Origin: the human T2T-CHM13v2.0 reference genome, Homo sapiens
Assembly: GCA_009914755.4 (NCBI GenBank)
Contig: CP086569.2
Span: 12,576,001 to 12,640,000 of the forward strand
Length of the DNA stretch: 64,000 nt
Direction: 5' to 3'
Shown here: in pieces, positions 1 through 13,938 of the stretch
How positions within the stretch are numbered: position 1 is the stretch's first letter
How the letters are laid out: every line of letters starts with the position of its first letter
The notes under the pieces: generated by a model
The model's input: the letters and a program-made list of their open reading frames with translations, nothing else
Databases searched by the model: none
What the model was told of the DNA's origin: nothing
Position numbers and translations under genes: made by a program

Positions 1-1744
1 TGAAATCGAATGGAAAGGACTGGAATTGAATCAAATCGAATGGAATGGACTGGAAAAAAATGGAATCGTACGGATTGGAAACAAACGGAAAGGAATGGAA
101 TGGAATGGACTCGAATGGAATGGAGTCGAATGGATTGGAATTGAATGGAAAGGAATTGAATGCAATTGAAAGGAATAGAATGGAATGGAGTGTAATGGAA
201 AGATATCGAAAGGAAGGGAATGGAATGGATTGAACACGAATGGAATGGAACTGAACGGAATGGAATCGAATAGAATGGAATCGAAGGGAATAGAATGGAA
301 TGGAGTGTAAAGGAAAGAGATCGAATGGAATTGAATGGTTTCGAACGGAGTTTATTCAAATGTAATGGAATGGATGTAATGGAATCGAATTCATTGGAAT
401 TGAATAGAATTGAAAGCAATAGAATGGAATGGAGTGGAATGGAAAGACATAGAATAGAAAGGAATGGAATGGAAAGTAATGGACTCGAATGGAAAGGACT
501 GGATAAGAATGGACTCGAATGGAAAGGAAACAAATGGAATGGAATTGAATGGAAAGGAATAGAATGGAATGGAATCAGATGGAATGGATAGTAATGGAAT
601 ATAGTCGAATGGAATAGAAAGAAATTCAATGGCATTGAATGGATTGGAATGGAATGGAATAAAATGTAATGGACTGGAATGGACTCGAATGGAATAGAAT
701 TGAATGGAATGGCTTAGAATGGAATGGAATGGAATGGAATGGCATGGATTGGAATGGAATGCATTCAAATGGAAGGGACTTGAATGGATTTGAATAGAAT
801 GGAATGGCTTTGAATGGAAAGTAAAGGAATGGAATGGACTGGAATGGACCCAAATGTATTGGAATGGAAATGAATGGACTCAAATATAATGGAATAGAAA
901 AGAATTGCCTTGAATGAAATTTATTCGAATAGAATGCTATCAAGTGAAATGCAATAGTATGGAATGGAATCGAATGGAATGGAATGGAATCAAATGTAAT
1001 GCAATAGTGTGGAATGGAATCGAATGGAATGTACCAGAAGATATTAGACTGGAATAGAAAGGACTCGAATGTAATGTATTTCAAAATAATTGATTCGAAT
1101 GGAGTGGAATAAAATGGAGTGAAATCAAAAAGAATGGATTGGAATGTAATGCAATGGAATGCAATGCAATGGAATGGAATGGAGTGCAATGGAATGGAAC
1201 GGAGTGGAAACGAGTTTAATGGAATTGAACGAAATGTAATTGAATGGAAGGGAATCGAGTGGAATGCACTAGATTTAAATGGACTTGAATGGATTAGAAT
1301 GGAATGGACAGGAACAAAAAGGAATCGAGTGGATTGAAACCGAACGGAAAGGAATGGAACGGAATCAAATGGAATGGAAATGAATGGAATGTAATCGAAC
1401 GCAATGGAATCGAATTTAATTAAAAGAAATCAAAAGAAATAGAATGGAATGGATTGTAATGCAAAGATATCGAATGCAACGGAATGGAATGGAATTGATC
1501 AGAGTGGAATGGACAGGAATAGAACGGACTCGAATGTAATGCATTGCAATTTAATTGATTCAAATGGAATGGAATCGAGTGGAATATAATCAAATGGAAT
1601 GGAATGGAATGCAATTAAATGGAATAGAATGGAATGAAATGGAAAGGAACGGAGTGGAATTGAATGGAAAGGAATCGAATGGAAAGGAATTGAATGGAAT
1701 GGAATCAATGAAATGGACTGCAATGTGATAGATTCGAATGGAAT

Positions 1745-1790
1745 GGACTGGAACAAAATGGAGTCAAACGGATTGGAATCGAACAGAACA
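1745..1790 (+). repeat. Example of the second recurrent landmark, GGACTGGAACAAAATGGA[A/G]TCAAACGGATTGGAATCGAACAGAACA, usually 100-400 bp downstream of an anchor
   Basis: The same about 45-bp string, with 1-4 substitutions, is seen near 3520, 7363, 10975, 14690, 20100, 22935, 23830, 27775, 29895, 32980, 37120, 38425, 41440, 46255, 50825, 52935, 58045, 58320, 62715 and 63865, among others. Confidence 0.7.
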
Positions 1791-2178
1791 GAATGGAATG
1801 GAAAGGAATACATTTGACTCGAATGGAATTGAGTCAAATGAAATGGAATCGTATGGAATGGAATTGAATGGAATGAAATTTAACGGAAGCAAAAGGAATA
1901 CAACGGAATGGAGTGTAATGGAAACATATGGAGTGTATTGGAGTGGAATGGAATGGAATGGACTCGAATGCAATGGAAAGCAAAGGAATGGACCCGAATG
2001 GAATGGACTGCTGAGGAATGGAATTGAATGGAATGGAATGGAAAGGAATAGAATGGAATGGAATCAGTGGAACGGAATGGAATGGAATGGAGTTGAATGG
2101 AATAGAATAGAATGGAATGGCATCTACTGGGGTGGAATGGAATGGAAAGGAATAAAATGGAATGGAATGGAATGGAAT

Positions 2179-2198
2179 CGAATCGAATCGAATCGAAT
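2179..2198 (+). repeat. (CGAAT)4 micro-expansion, four consecutive CpG pentamers
   Basis: Direct reading: cgaatcgaatcgaatcgaat. Confidence 0.85.
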
Positions 2199-5100
2199 AA
2201 AATAGAATGGACTCGAATGGGATGGACTCTAATGGAATAGAATCGAATGGAATGGCATCGGATCGAATGGGATGGAATGGACCCAAATGTAATGGAATTG
2301 AATGGAGTAGACTCAAATAGAATGGACGAGAAAGGAATGGTCTCGACTATAATTTATTCAAATAAGAAGGAATAGAAAGTAATTCAATAATATGGAATGG
2401 AATCGAATGGAATGGAATTGAATGGAATATACCAGAATGGAATGGACAGGAATAGAATGGATTCGAATGTAACGTACAGAAATGTAATTGATTCAAATGC
2501 CTTGGAATCAAATGGAATGAAATCAAAAGGAATTGAAAGGATTACAATGGAATGAAATAGTATAAAATGCAATAGAAAGGAACGTAGTGGAATCGAGTGG
2601 AATGGAATCGAAAAGAATGGAATGAAATGGAATAAAATCAACAGGAATGGACTGGATTGGAATGGACTGGAATGGAATGGACTGCAAGAAAACGGAGTAG
2701 AACGCATGGGAATCGAATGTAACCGAATGGAAGGGAAGGTAATCGAATGGAAGGGAAGGTAATGGAATAGACTGGACTATAAAGGAACGGAGTCAAATGT
2801 AATGGAGTCGAATGGTATGGAATCAAATCGAATGGAATCCAATGGAATGGAATTGAATAAAATTGAAAGGAAAAGAATGGAATGGAGTGTAAAGCAAAGA
2901 TATCGAATGGAATGGAATAGAAAGGAATGGAGTTGAAAGGAATAGACTGGAATGGATTAGACTCTAATGGAATGGACTGGAGAGGAATGGACTCAAAAGG
3001 AATGGAAACAAATGGAATGGGATGGAATGAAATGGAATGCAACGGAATGGTAACTCATGGAACGGAATGCAATGGAATGGAGTTGAATGGAATTGAAACC
3101 AATGCAATTACATCGAAAGTAATAGAATGGAAAGAAATGAAAGGCCTCGAATGGAATGGATTCAAAAGGAATAGAATCGAATGGAATGGCATAGAAAGGA
3201 ATGGAATAGAATGGAATGGAATGGACCCAAATGTAATGGACTCGAATTGATTTGAATTAAATACAATGTACTCGAAAGGAATGGTCTCGAATGGAACTTG
3301 TTCGAATAGAATGAAATCGAAAAGAATGCAATAGTTTGGAATGGAATCAAATGGAATAGAATGCAATGGAATGGAATGGATTGCCAGGGAATTGAATATA
3401 ATAGAGTGCAATGGAATGGAACGAAGTAAAAAGGAGTGGAATGGGATCGAATGGAATGGAATCGAATAGGATTCAATCATAGGGAATAGACCGTAATGGA
3501 ATGGACTCGAATGGAATGGAATGGAAAAAAATGGATCAAACGGATTGGAATCGAACAGAACAGAATGAAATGGAATAGAGTGGAATCGAACAGACCCGAA
3601 CGTAATGGACTGCAATGTATTTCATTCGAATGGAATTGAATTAAATAGAAATTTTTCAAATGGAATGCAATCGAATGCAATAGAAAGGAATAGAATGGAA
3701 TGCAATGGAATGAAACGGAGTGGAATCGAATGTAATGGAATGGAATGGAAAGGAATCGAAAGGAATGGAATTGATCGGAATGGACTGGACTGGAATGGAC
3801 TCTAAAGGAATGGAAAACAGTGGAATGGAATAGAATGGAATTCAAAGGAATAGAATGGCATGGAATCGGAAGGAACAGAATGGAATGGAATGGAGACGAA
3901 TGGAATAAAATTCATTGGTATGACATCAAATGGAATGGAGTGGAATGGAATGGAATAGAATGGAATGTAGTGTAGTCGAATCGAATGGACTCGAATGGAA
4001 TAGAATTGAATGGAATGGCATCGAAGTGAATGGAATGAAAAGGAATGGAACCAAATATAATGGACACAAATGGAATGGACTCATATAGAAAGGAATCGAA
4101 TGGAATAGTCTCCAATGGAATTTATTCGAATCCAATGGAATCGAATGGAATGCAGTAGTTTGGAAAGGAATCGAATGCAAAGGAATTGAATGGAATGAAT
4201 CGGAATGGAATGGACTGGAATAAAATGGACTCGAATGTAATGGACAGCAACATAATTGATTCGAATGGAATGGTATAGAATGGAATGTAATCAAATGGAA
4301 TGAAATGGAATGCAATGGAATTGAATATAATGGAATGCAATGGAATGGAAAGGAGTCTAATCGAGTGGAATGGAATAGTATGGAATGGATTCAAATGGAA
4401 TGGATTCGTTGTGAATGCACTGGAATGGAATGGATTTGAATAGAAAAATCTGGAACAAAATGGAATCTAACGGAATGGAATCGAACGGCATGGAATACAA
4501 GGGAATGGAAGGGACTCGAATGAAATGGAGTCGAATGGAATGGACTCCAATTTAATGGATTGAAATGGAATGGACTCGAATGGAATGGACTAGAGTGGAA
4601 TGGAGTTGAATGGAATGGAAACGAATGGATGGGATGGAATGGAATGGAAAGGAATTGAATGGAATGGAATCAAATGGAACGGAATAGAATCGAATGGAGT
4701 GGAATGGAATAGAATCGAAAGCAATGGCTTCGAATTGAATGGAATGGACTCGAATGGTATTGGCACGAGTGGTATAGAATCGAATGGAATGGAATGGAGT
4801 GGAATGATATGGAATGGAATCCACCCAAATGTAATGGACTCGAATGGAATGGAAACAAACAGAATGGACTCAAAAATAATGATTTGCAATGGAATTTATT
4901 CATATAGAATGGAATTGAGTGGAATACAATTGTATGGAATGGAATTGAAAGAAATGGAACTGAATGGAAAGCAATGGAATGGAATGAAAAGGAAGAAAAT
5001 GGACTCGAATGCAATGGATTGCAAATTAATAGATTTGAATGGAATGGAATCGAAAGGAATGTAATCAAATGGAATGGAATGGAATGCAATGGAATGGAAT

Positions 5101-8100
5101 ATAAAGGAATGAAGCGAAATGAAATGGAATGGAATTGAAAGGAAAGAATGCATTGGAATGGTGTGAAATGGATTCGAATTGAATGGAATTGAATGGAATG
5201 AAATAGAATGCAATCGACTGGAATGGAATTGACACTAATGGAATGGGCTGGAAAAATTTGAATCGAACGGTTTGGAATAGAACAAAAAGGAATGGAATGG
5301 AATGGAACAGTATGGAGTAGAATGGAATGGAGTCGAATGGAATGGAACCAAAAACCATGGAATTGAATGCAATCAAAAGGATTAGAAAAATATGGATGTT
5401 AATGGAAAGATATCGAATGGAAAGGAATGGAATAGAATAGACCCAGATGCAATGGACTGGAATGGAAAGGTATCAAATGGAGTGGACTGGAGTGGAATGG
5501 ACACGAATGAAATGGAAATGAAAGGAATTGAATGGAATGGAAAGCAATGGAATGGAATGGAATGGAATAAAATAGAAAGGAATAGAATGGAATAGAATCA
5601 GATGGAACGGAATGGAATTCAATAGAGTCGAATGGAATAGAATCGAATGCAATGGCATCAAATGAAATGGAATCGAATGGAATGGACACTAATGGAATAG
5701 CAACGAATGGAATGGTATCGAATGGAATGGAATGGACGCAAATTAATGGACTCGAATAGAATGGACTCAAACAGAATTGACTCAAAAGGAATGGTTTCGA
5801 ATGGAATTTATTCGAATAGAATGGAATGGAATGGAATTCAATAGTATGGAATGGATTCGAATGGAATGGAATCGAATGGAATGGGCAGGATTTGAATGGA
5901 CTGGAAAAGAGCGGACACGAATGTAATGGATTGCAATGTAATTGATTCAAATGGATGCAATCGAATGGCATGTAATCAAATGGAATAGAATGGAATGGAA
6001 GGGAATGGAATGGAATGGAATTGAAAGGACTCAAATATAATGGACCTCAATGGAATGGACTCAAATAGAATGGACTCTGAACGAATGGTCTCAAATGGAA
6101 TTCATTCAAATAGATTCGAATTGAATTGAATGAAAGAGTTTGTAATGGAATCGAATGGAATGGAATCTACTGGAGCAGAAAGGAATGGACTGGAATAGAA
6201 TGGACTCGAATGTAATTGATTGTAATGTAATAGATTCAAATGGAATGGAAACTAATGAAACATAATCAAATGGAAAGGAATGGAAAGCAATGGAATGGAA
6301 TAGAATGGAATGCAATAGACTGGAAAAGAGTGGAATCTAGAGGAATGGAATCGAATGGAATGGAATTGACTGGAACTAAATGGAAATGAATGGATTGGAA
6401 TGGAATGGAATGGAATGGAGTGGAATGAAACATACTCGAATAGAATGGAACATACCCGAATGGAATGGAGTCAAATGAAGTGGAATCGAATGGAATGGAA
6501 TTGAATAGAATGGAAATGAATGAAATAGAAAGGAAAAGAATGGAATGGAAGGTAAGGGAAAGATATCGAATGCAATGCAATGGCACATAATGGACTCAAA
6601 CGGAATGGACTGGAATGGGGCAGACTCGAATGGAATCCACTGGAGTGGAATGGACTCGAATGGAATGGAAACGAATTTAATGGAATGGAATGGAAGGGAA
6701 AGGAATAGAATGGAGTGGATTCAGAGAGAAAGGAATGGAATGGAATGCATGTAAATGGAACAGAATCGAATGGAATGGAAAGTAATGGAATGGAATGGAC
6801 TCGAATGGAATGGACTCGAAAGGAATAAAATCAAATGAAATGGCATCGAATGGAATAGAATTTAATGGAATGGACACAAATGACATGGAATCAAATGGAA
6901 AGGACTCTAATAGAATGGAATTGAAAGAAATGGTCTCAAATGAAATTTATGTGATTAGAATGGAATCGAATGAAATTAAATAGTATGGAAGGGAATCGAA
7001 TGGAAAGGAATTGACTAAAATGGACTGGAATAAAACAGAGTCGAATTCAATGAATTGAAACGTCATTGACTCGAATAGAAAGGAATCGAATGGAATGGAA
7101 ATGAACAGAATGGACTGGAATGGAATGGACAGGAATGGAACGGACTCTAATGGAATGGATTGCAATGTAATTGATTCGAATGGAATGGAAATGATTGGAA
7201 TGTAATCCAACTGATAGGAATGGAAATCAATGGAATGGAAGAGAAGGCAATGCAATGGAATGGAATGGAGTCGAATCAACTGGAATGGAATTGAATGGAA
7301 TGGAATTGAATGGAATGGAATCGAATGGAATGGACTGGAATGGAATGGAATTCAACGGAATGGACTGGAACAAAATGGAATGGAACAGATTGGAATCAAA
7401 AGGAACGGAATAGAATGGAATAGAATGGACTCGAATGGAATGCAGTCAAATGGAATGGAATCGAATGGAATGGAACTGAATGGAATTGAAAGGAATGGAA
7501 TGGAATAGAGTACAATGTAAAGATATCGAATGGAAGGGAATGGAATGGAATGGACTCGAATGCAATGGACTGGAATGGACAGGAAAGGAATGGACTGGAT
7601 TGGAAAGGATTTGAAGGGAATGTGCTAGAGTGGAACGGACTCGAATGGAATGGAAACGAATGGAATGGAATGAAATGGAATGGAATGGAATGGAAAGGAA
7701 TAGCCTGGAATGAAATGGGATGGAAAGCAATTGAATGGAATGGAATGGAGTCGAATGGAATAAAATCGAATGGAATGGCATCGAATGGAATGGAGTGGAA
7801 TGGAATGGACTCGAATGGAATGGACCCGAATGGAATAGAATAGAATGGAATGCAATCGAATTGAATGGAATGGAATGGATTGGAATGGACCCAAAGATTA
7901 TGGGCTTGAAAGGAATGGACTCAAATAGAATGGACTCAAAAAGAATGGTCTGGAATCGAATTTATTCGAATAGAACTCAATCGAATGGAATGAAATAGTA
8001 TGGAATGTGATCGAATGGAATGGAATCGAAATGTATGGACCAGAATAGAATGGAATGGAATAGATTGGACTCGAAATTAATGGATTGCAATGTGATTGAT

Positions 8101-8426
8101 TCGAATGGAATGGAATCGAATGGAAAGTAAACAAATGAAAAGGAATGCAATTCAAAGGAATGGAATAGAATGGAATGCAATGGAATGGAATGGAATGGAC
8201 TGGAATCGATGGGAATGGAGTCAAATGGAAAGGTATCAAATGGAATGGAATCGAATGGAATTGACTCGAATGGAATGGACTTGGAAAAAAAGGAATCAAA
8301 TGGATTGGAATCGAATTGGAAGGAAGGAAATGGAATGGAATGGAATGGAACTGAATGGAATGGAGTCGAATGGAGTGGGTTCGAATGGAATGGAATCAAA
8401 TGGAATGCAGTTGAATGGAATGGAAT

Positions 8427-8456
8427 GGAGTATAATGGAAAGATATCGAATGGAAT
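8427..8456 (+). other. Example of the recurrent GGAGTGTAATGGAAAGATATCGAATGG landmark carrying an EcoRV site (GATATC at 8442-8447)
   Basis: By visual scan the motif GTAATGGAAAGATATCGAATGG (or a 1-2 substitution variant) recurs about 45 times, with no fixed period. Copies are roughly 0.9-2.5 kb apart. Confidence 0.7.
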
Positions 8457-8781
8457 GGAATGGAATGGACTCGAATGGAATGCACTGGAATGGAATGGAT
8501 TAGAATGGAATGGACTGTATTGGAATTGACTCGAATGTAATGGACTGGAGTGGAATAGACTCGAATGGATTGGAAACCACTGGAATGGAATGCAAGGAAA
8601 TATAATGGAATGGAATCAGATAGAATGAAATGGAATGTAATGGAGTCGAATTAAATAGAATCTAATGGAATGGCATCAAATGGAATGGAATGAAATGGAA
8701 TAGAGTGTAATGGACTCGAATGGAATGGATTTGAATGGAATGGAAAAGAATGGAATGCCATCGAATGGATTGGAATGGAAT

Positions 8782-9085
8782 GGACCCAAATGTAATGGAC
8801 TCAAATGGAATGGACTCAAATTGAATGGACTTGAAAGGAATGGGCTCGAATGGAATTCATTCGAATAGAATTGAATCGAAAGGAATGCAGTAGTATTTAA
8901 TGGAATTGAATAGAATGGAATCGCATGGAATGGACCACAATGGAATGGACTGGAATAGAGCAGACTCGAATATAATGGATGGAATGTAAAGCAAAGGAAT
9001 GCAATCAAATGGAATGGAATGGAAACCAATGGAAGGCAGTAGAATGCAATGCAATGGAATGGAGGGGAATCATGTGGAATGGAAT
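8782..9085 (+). repeat. Example copy of the recurrent diverged anchor block (GGACCCAAATGTAATGGACTC...TTCATTCGAATAGAATTG...GCAGTAGTATTTAATGG...)
   Basis: Begins with ggacccaaatgtaatggactc at 8782. It shares the ordered landmarks (GGACCCAAATGT, TTTATTCGAATAGAATGG, GCAATAGTATGG, GATTGCAATGTAATTGATTCGAATGG, GGAGTGGAATCGAGTGG) with about 60 other copies. Confidence 0.7.
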
Positions 9086-12000
9086 CGAAAGGGATGGAAT
9101 TGAATGGAATGGACTTGAATGGAATGTACTCGAATGGAATGGACTGAAACAAAAAGGTTTTGAACGGATTGGATTCAAACGGAATGGAATGGAGTGGAAT
9201 GGATTGGAATGGAATAGAGTGGAATGGTGTCAAATGGAATGGAACCGAATGGAATGCAATCGATGGAATGGAATTGATGGAATCGAAAGGAATAGAGTAG
9301 AATGGATTGCAAAAGAAAGTTATTGAACAGAATGGAATTGAATGGAATGGACTGGAATGGACTCAAATGGAATGAACGGGAGTGGAATGGACTTGAATGG
9401 AATGGGCTGGAGTGGAATGCACTCTAATGAAATTGAAACGAATGGAAAGGAATAGACTGGAATGGAATGGGATGGAAGGGAATTAATGGAATGAAATGGA
9501 ATGTAATGGAATGGAATGGAATGGAATTTAACGGAATGGAATGGAGTCGAATGGAAGAAAATCAAATGGAATGACATCGAATGGAATGGAATGGAATTGA
9601 CTCGAATGGAACGGACTTGAAACGAATAGAAATGAAAGGAATGGCTTCGAATGGAATGGAATTGAATTAAATGGAATGGAATGTACCCATATGTAATGGA
9701 CTCGAATGGAATGGACTCAAATAGAATGGACTCAAAAGGAATGGGCGAGAATGGAATTTATCCGAATAGAATGGAATCGAATAGAATTAAATAATATTGA
9801 ATGGAATCGAACGGAATGGATTCAAATTGAATGGACCAGAATGGAATGGACCGGAATAGAATGGACTCGCACTTTATGGACTGCAATGTGATACATTCGA
9901 ATGTAATAGAAACGAATGGAATGTAATGAAATGGAATGGAATGCAATACAAAGGAATGGAAGAGAATGGAATGAAAGGTAATGGAAAAGAACGGAGGGGA
10001 ATCGAGAGGAATGGAACCTAATGCAATAGAATCGAAAGGAATGGAATCGAACTGAATGGCTTCGAATGGAATGGACTTGAGACAAAGTGGAATCGAACAG
10101 ATTGAAAACTAACGGAATGCCATGAAATGTTATGGAATGGAATGGACTCGAAAGGAATGGAGTCAAATGGAATGGAATTGAATGGAATGTAGTTGAATGG
10201 AGTGGAATTGAATGGAATGGAATTCAATGGATCGGAGTGCAATGGAAAGATACAGAATGCAATGGAATGGAATGCAATAGAATGGACTCGAATGGAATGG
10301 ACAAGAATGGAATGGACAGTAGTGGAATGGACTCGAATGGAATGTTCTGGAGTGGAATGGACTCAAATAGAAAGGAATCGAATGGAATGCAAAGGAAAGA
10401 ATTATAATTTAATGGAAACAGATGGAACGGAATGGAATGTAATGGAGTCAAAAGGAATTAAACTAATGTAATGGCATCAAATGGAATGGAATGTAGAGGA
10501 GAGGAATGGACTCGAATGGAATGGATTCTAATGAAATAGAATAGAATGCAATGCCATTGAACGGATTGGAAGGGAATGGAATGGAATGGAATCAAATGCA
10601 ATGGAGTCAAATGGATTGCACTCAAATAGAATGGACTTCAAAGGAATTTGCTCGAAAGGAATTCATCCGAATAGAATCGAATCGAATGAAATGCTGTACT
10701 TTTAATAGAATGGAATGGAGTCGAATGGAATGGAACGAAATGGAATGGACTGGAATAGAGCGGACTCGAATGTAATAGATTGCAATGAAATTGATTTGAA
10801 TGGAATGGAATCGAATGGCATGTTATCCAATGGAAGGGAATGGAAAGCAATGGAACACAATAGAACACAATGCAATGGAATGGAATTGAGTGGAATCGGG
10901 TGGAATGGAATAGAATGGAATGGAATTGAATGCTATGGAATCGAATGGAATGGAATAGAATGGAATGGAATAGAAAGGGATGGACTGGAACAAAATGGAT
11001 TGGAACAGATTGGAATCGAATGGAGTGGAATTGCGTGGAATGCAATGGAATGGACTAGAATGGAATGAAGTCGAATGGAATAGAATTGTATGGAATGCAA
11101 TCAAATGGGATGGAATTGAATGGAATCGAAAGGAATTGAATGGAATACAGTGAAATGGAAGTTATTGAACAGAATGGAATGGAATGAAATCGCACGGAAT
11201 GGACTGGAATAAAAAGGACTCGAAAGGAATGGACTGCAGTGGAATGGACTCGAAAGGAATAGAAAAGGAATGGAATGGAATGGAATGCAATGGAATGAAA
11301 TGGATAGTAATAGAATGGAGTGGAATTGGATAGAACGGAATGGAATTGAATGGAGTCGAATGGAATAGAATCAAATGGAATGGCATCGAATGGAATGGAA
11401 TGGAATGGAATGGAATGGAATGGAATGGAATGGAATGGAATGGAATGAACTCGAATGGAATGGATTCGAATGGAATAGAATAGAATGGAATGAAATCGAA
11501 TATAATGAAGTGGAATTGCATGTAACCGAATGGAATGGACCCAAATATAATGGACTCAAATGCAATGGACTCAAATAGAATGGACTCGAAAGGAATGGTA
11601 TCGAATGGAATTTATTCTAATCGAAAGGAATCAAATGGAATGACATAGTATAGAATGGAATGGAGTGGAATGGAATGGACTGGAATAGAAAGGACTCGAA
11701 TGTAATGGAATGCAATTTGATTGATTCGAATGGAATGGAAGCGAATGGAATGTAATCAAATGGAATGGAATGGAATACAAAGGAATGGAATAGAATGGAA
11801 TGCAGTGTAATGGAACGGAATGGAGTGGAATCGAGTGGAATGGAATTGAATGGAAAGGATTTGAATGGAATGGACTTGGGACAAGGTGGATTCAAATGGA
11901 TTGGAATAGAACGGAACGGAATGAAATGGTTGGGAATGGAATGGACACGAAGGGAATGGAGTCAAATGGAATGGAATCAAATAGAATGAAGTTGAATGGA

Positions 12001-13405
12001 ATGGAATTTAATGGAATGGACCTCAATGGAAGGATATCAAATAGAATGGAATGGAAAGGAATGGATTCGAATATAATGGACTGGAATGGAATGGACTCGA
12101 ATGGAATGAACAAGGGTGGAATCGACCCAAATGGAATGGAATGGAGTGGAATGGACTCGAATGGAATGGAAACAAATGGAATGGAATGGAAAAGAATATA
12201 ATTGAATGGAATCAGATGGAACGGAAAGGAATGTAATGGAGCCGAAAGAAGTAGAATCGAAACGAATGGCATCAAATGGAATTGAATGGAATGGAATTTA
12301 CTCGAATGGAATGGATTCTCATATAATATAGTCGAGTGGAATGGCATTGAATGGAACGGAATGCAATGGAATGGAATGGAATGGACCCACCTGTAATGGA
12401 CTCCAATGGAATGTAATCCAACAGAATGGACTCGAACGGAATGGGAATGAATGGAATTCTTTTGTGTAGAATCGAATCGAATGGAATGCAATAGTATTGA
12501 ATGAAATCGAATGGAATGGAATTGAATGGAAAGGAATCGAATGGAATGGACCAGAATGCAATGGACTGGAATAAAGTGGACACAAATGTAATGAAATGCA
12601 AAGTAATAGATTCAAAGGAATGGAATTGAATGGAATGGAAATGAATGGAATGGCATCTAATGGAATGGAATCAAATGAAATGGAATGGAATGGAATCGAA
12701 TGCAACGTAATTGAATGGAATGAAACGGAATGGAATAGACTGGAATGGAGGGGACATGAATGTAATGAATTGCAATGTAATAGATTCAAAGGAAAGGAAA
12801 CGAATGGAATGGAAATGAAAGCAATAGCATCGAACTGAATATAAAGAAATGGACCCAAATGTAATGGACTCTAAATGAATGGAATCTAATAGAATGGACA
12901 CGGAAGGAATGGTCTCGAATGGCGTTTATTCAAATAGACTGGAATCGCAGGGAGTGCAATAGTATGGAATGGAATCGAATGGAATGGACTAGAATAGAAC
13001 GGACTCAAATGTAGTGCATTGCAATGTAATTGATTCGAATAGACTGGAATCGAATGGAATATAATCAAATGGAAAGGAATGGAATGCAATGGAATAGAAT
13101 ACAATGGAATGCAATGGAATGGAAAGGAGTGGAATCGAGTAGAATGGAATGGAATGGAATGGAATGGAATGGAATGGAATGGAATGGAATAGAATGGAAT
13201 GGAAATGGAAGGAATGGAATGGAATGGAATGCAGTCAAATGGAATAGAGTTGAATGGAATGGCTTCGAATGGAATGGAATGGAATGCAATGGAATGGAAT
13301 GGAATGCAATGGAATGGAATGGACTGCAGTCAAATGGAATGGACTCCAAAGGAATAGAATCGAATGGAATGGTATCGAATGGAATGGAATGGAATGGAAT
13401 GGAAT

Positions 13406-13735
13406 TGACCCAAATGTAATGGACTCGAAAGGAATGGACTCAAATAGAAAAGACTCGAAAGGGACGGTCTCGAATGGAATTTACTCAAATACAATGGAAT
13501 CGAATGGAATGCAAAAGTATGGAATGGATTCGAATGGAAAGGAATCGAATGGAATGGACCAGAATGGAATGGACTGGAATAGAAAGGACTCGAATGGAAT
13601 GGATTGCAAAGTAATTGACTCAACTGTAATAGAATCGAATTGAATGTATTCAAAAGGAGTGGAATGGAATGCAATGGAATGGAATACAATGGAATGCAAA
13701 CTCATGGAACGGAGTGGAATCTAGTGGAATGGAAT
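13406..13735 (+). repeat. Anchor block copy (well conserved)
   Basis: tgacccaaatgtaatggactcgaaaggaatggactcaaatagaaaagactcgaaagggacggtctcgaatggaatttactcaaatacaatgg...ggattgcaaagtaattgactcaactg...ggaacggagtggaatctagtggaatgg, read directly. Confidence 0.75.
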
Positions 13736-13880
13736 CGAATGGATTGGAATCGTATGGAATGGACTGGAATGGAATAGACTCGAATGGACTGGACTGGAAT
13801 GAAACTGAATCGAACGGATTGCAATCGAATGGAAATGAATAGAATGGAATGGAATCGAATAGAATGGAGTCGAGTGGAAT

Positions 13881-13938
13881 GGAATTGAATTGAATTAGTC
13901 GAATAAAATGGAATTGAATTTAATTAGTCGAATAAAAT
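13881..13938 (+). repeat. 29-bp tandem duplication (GGAATTGAATT[G/T]AATTAGTCGAATAAAAT x2) that breaks the 5-bp phase
   Basis: Two adjacent copies differing at one base, read directly; the unit length is not a multiple of 5. Confidence 0.8.
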
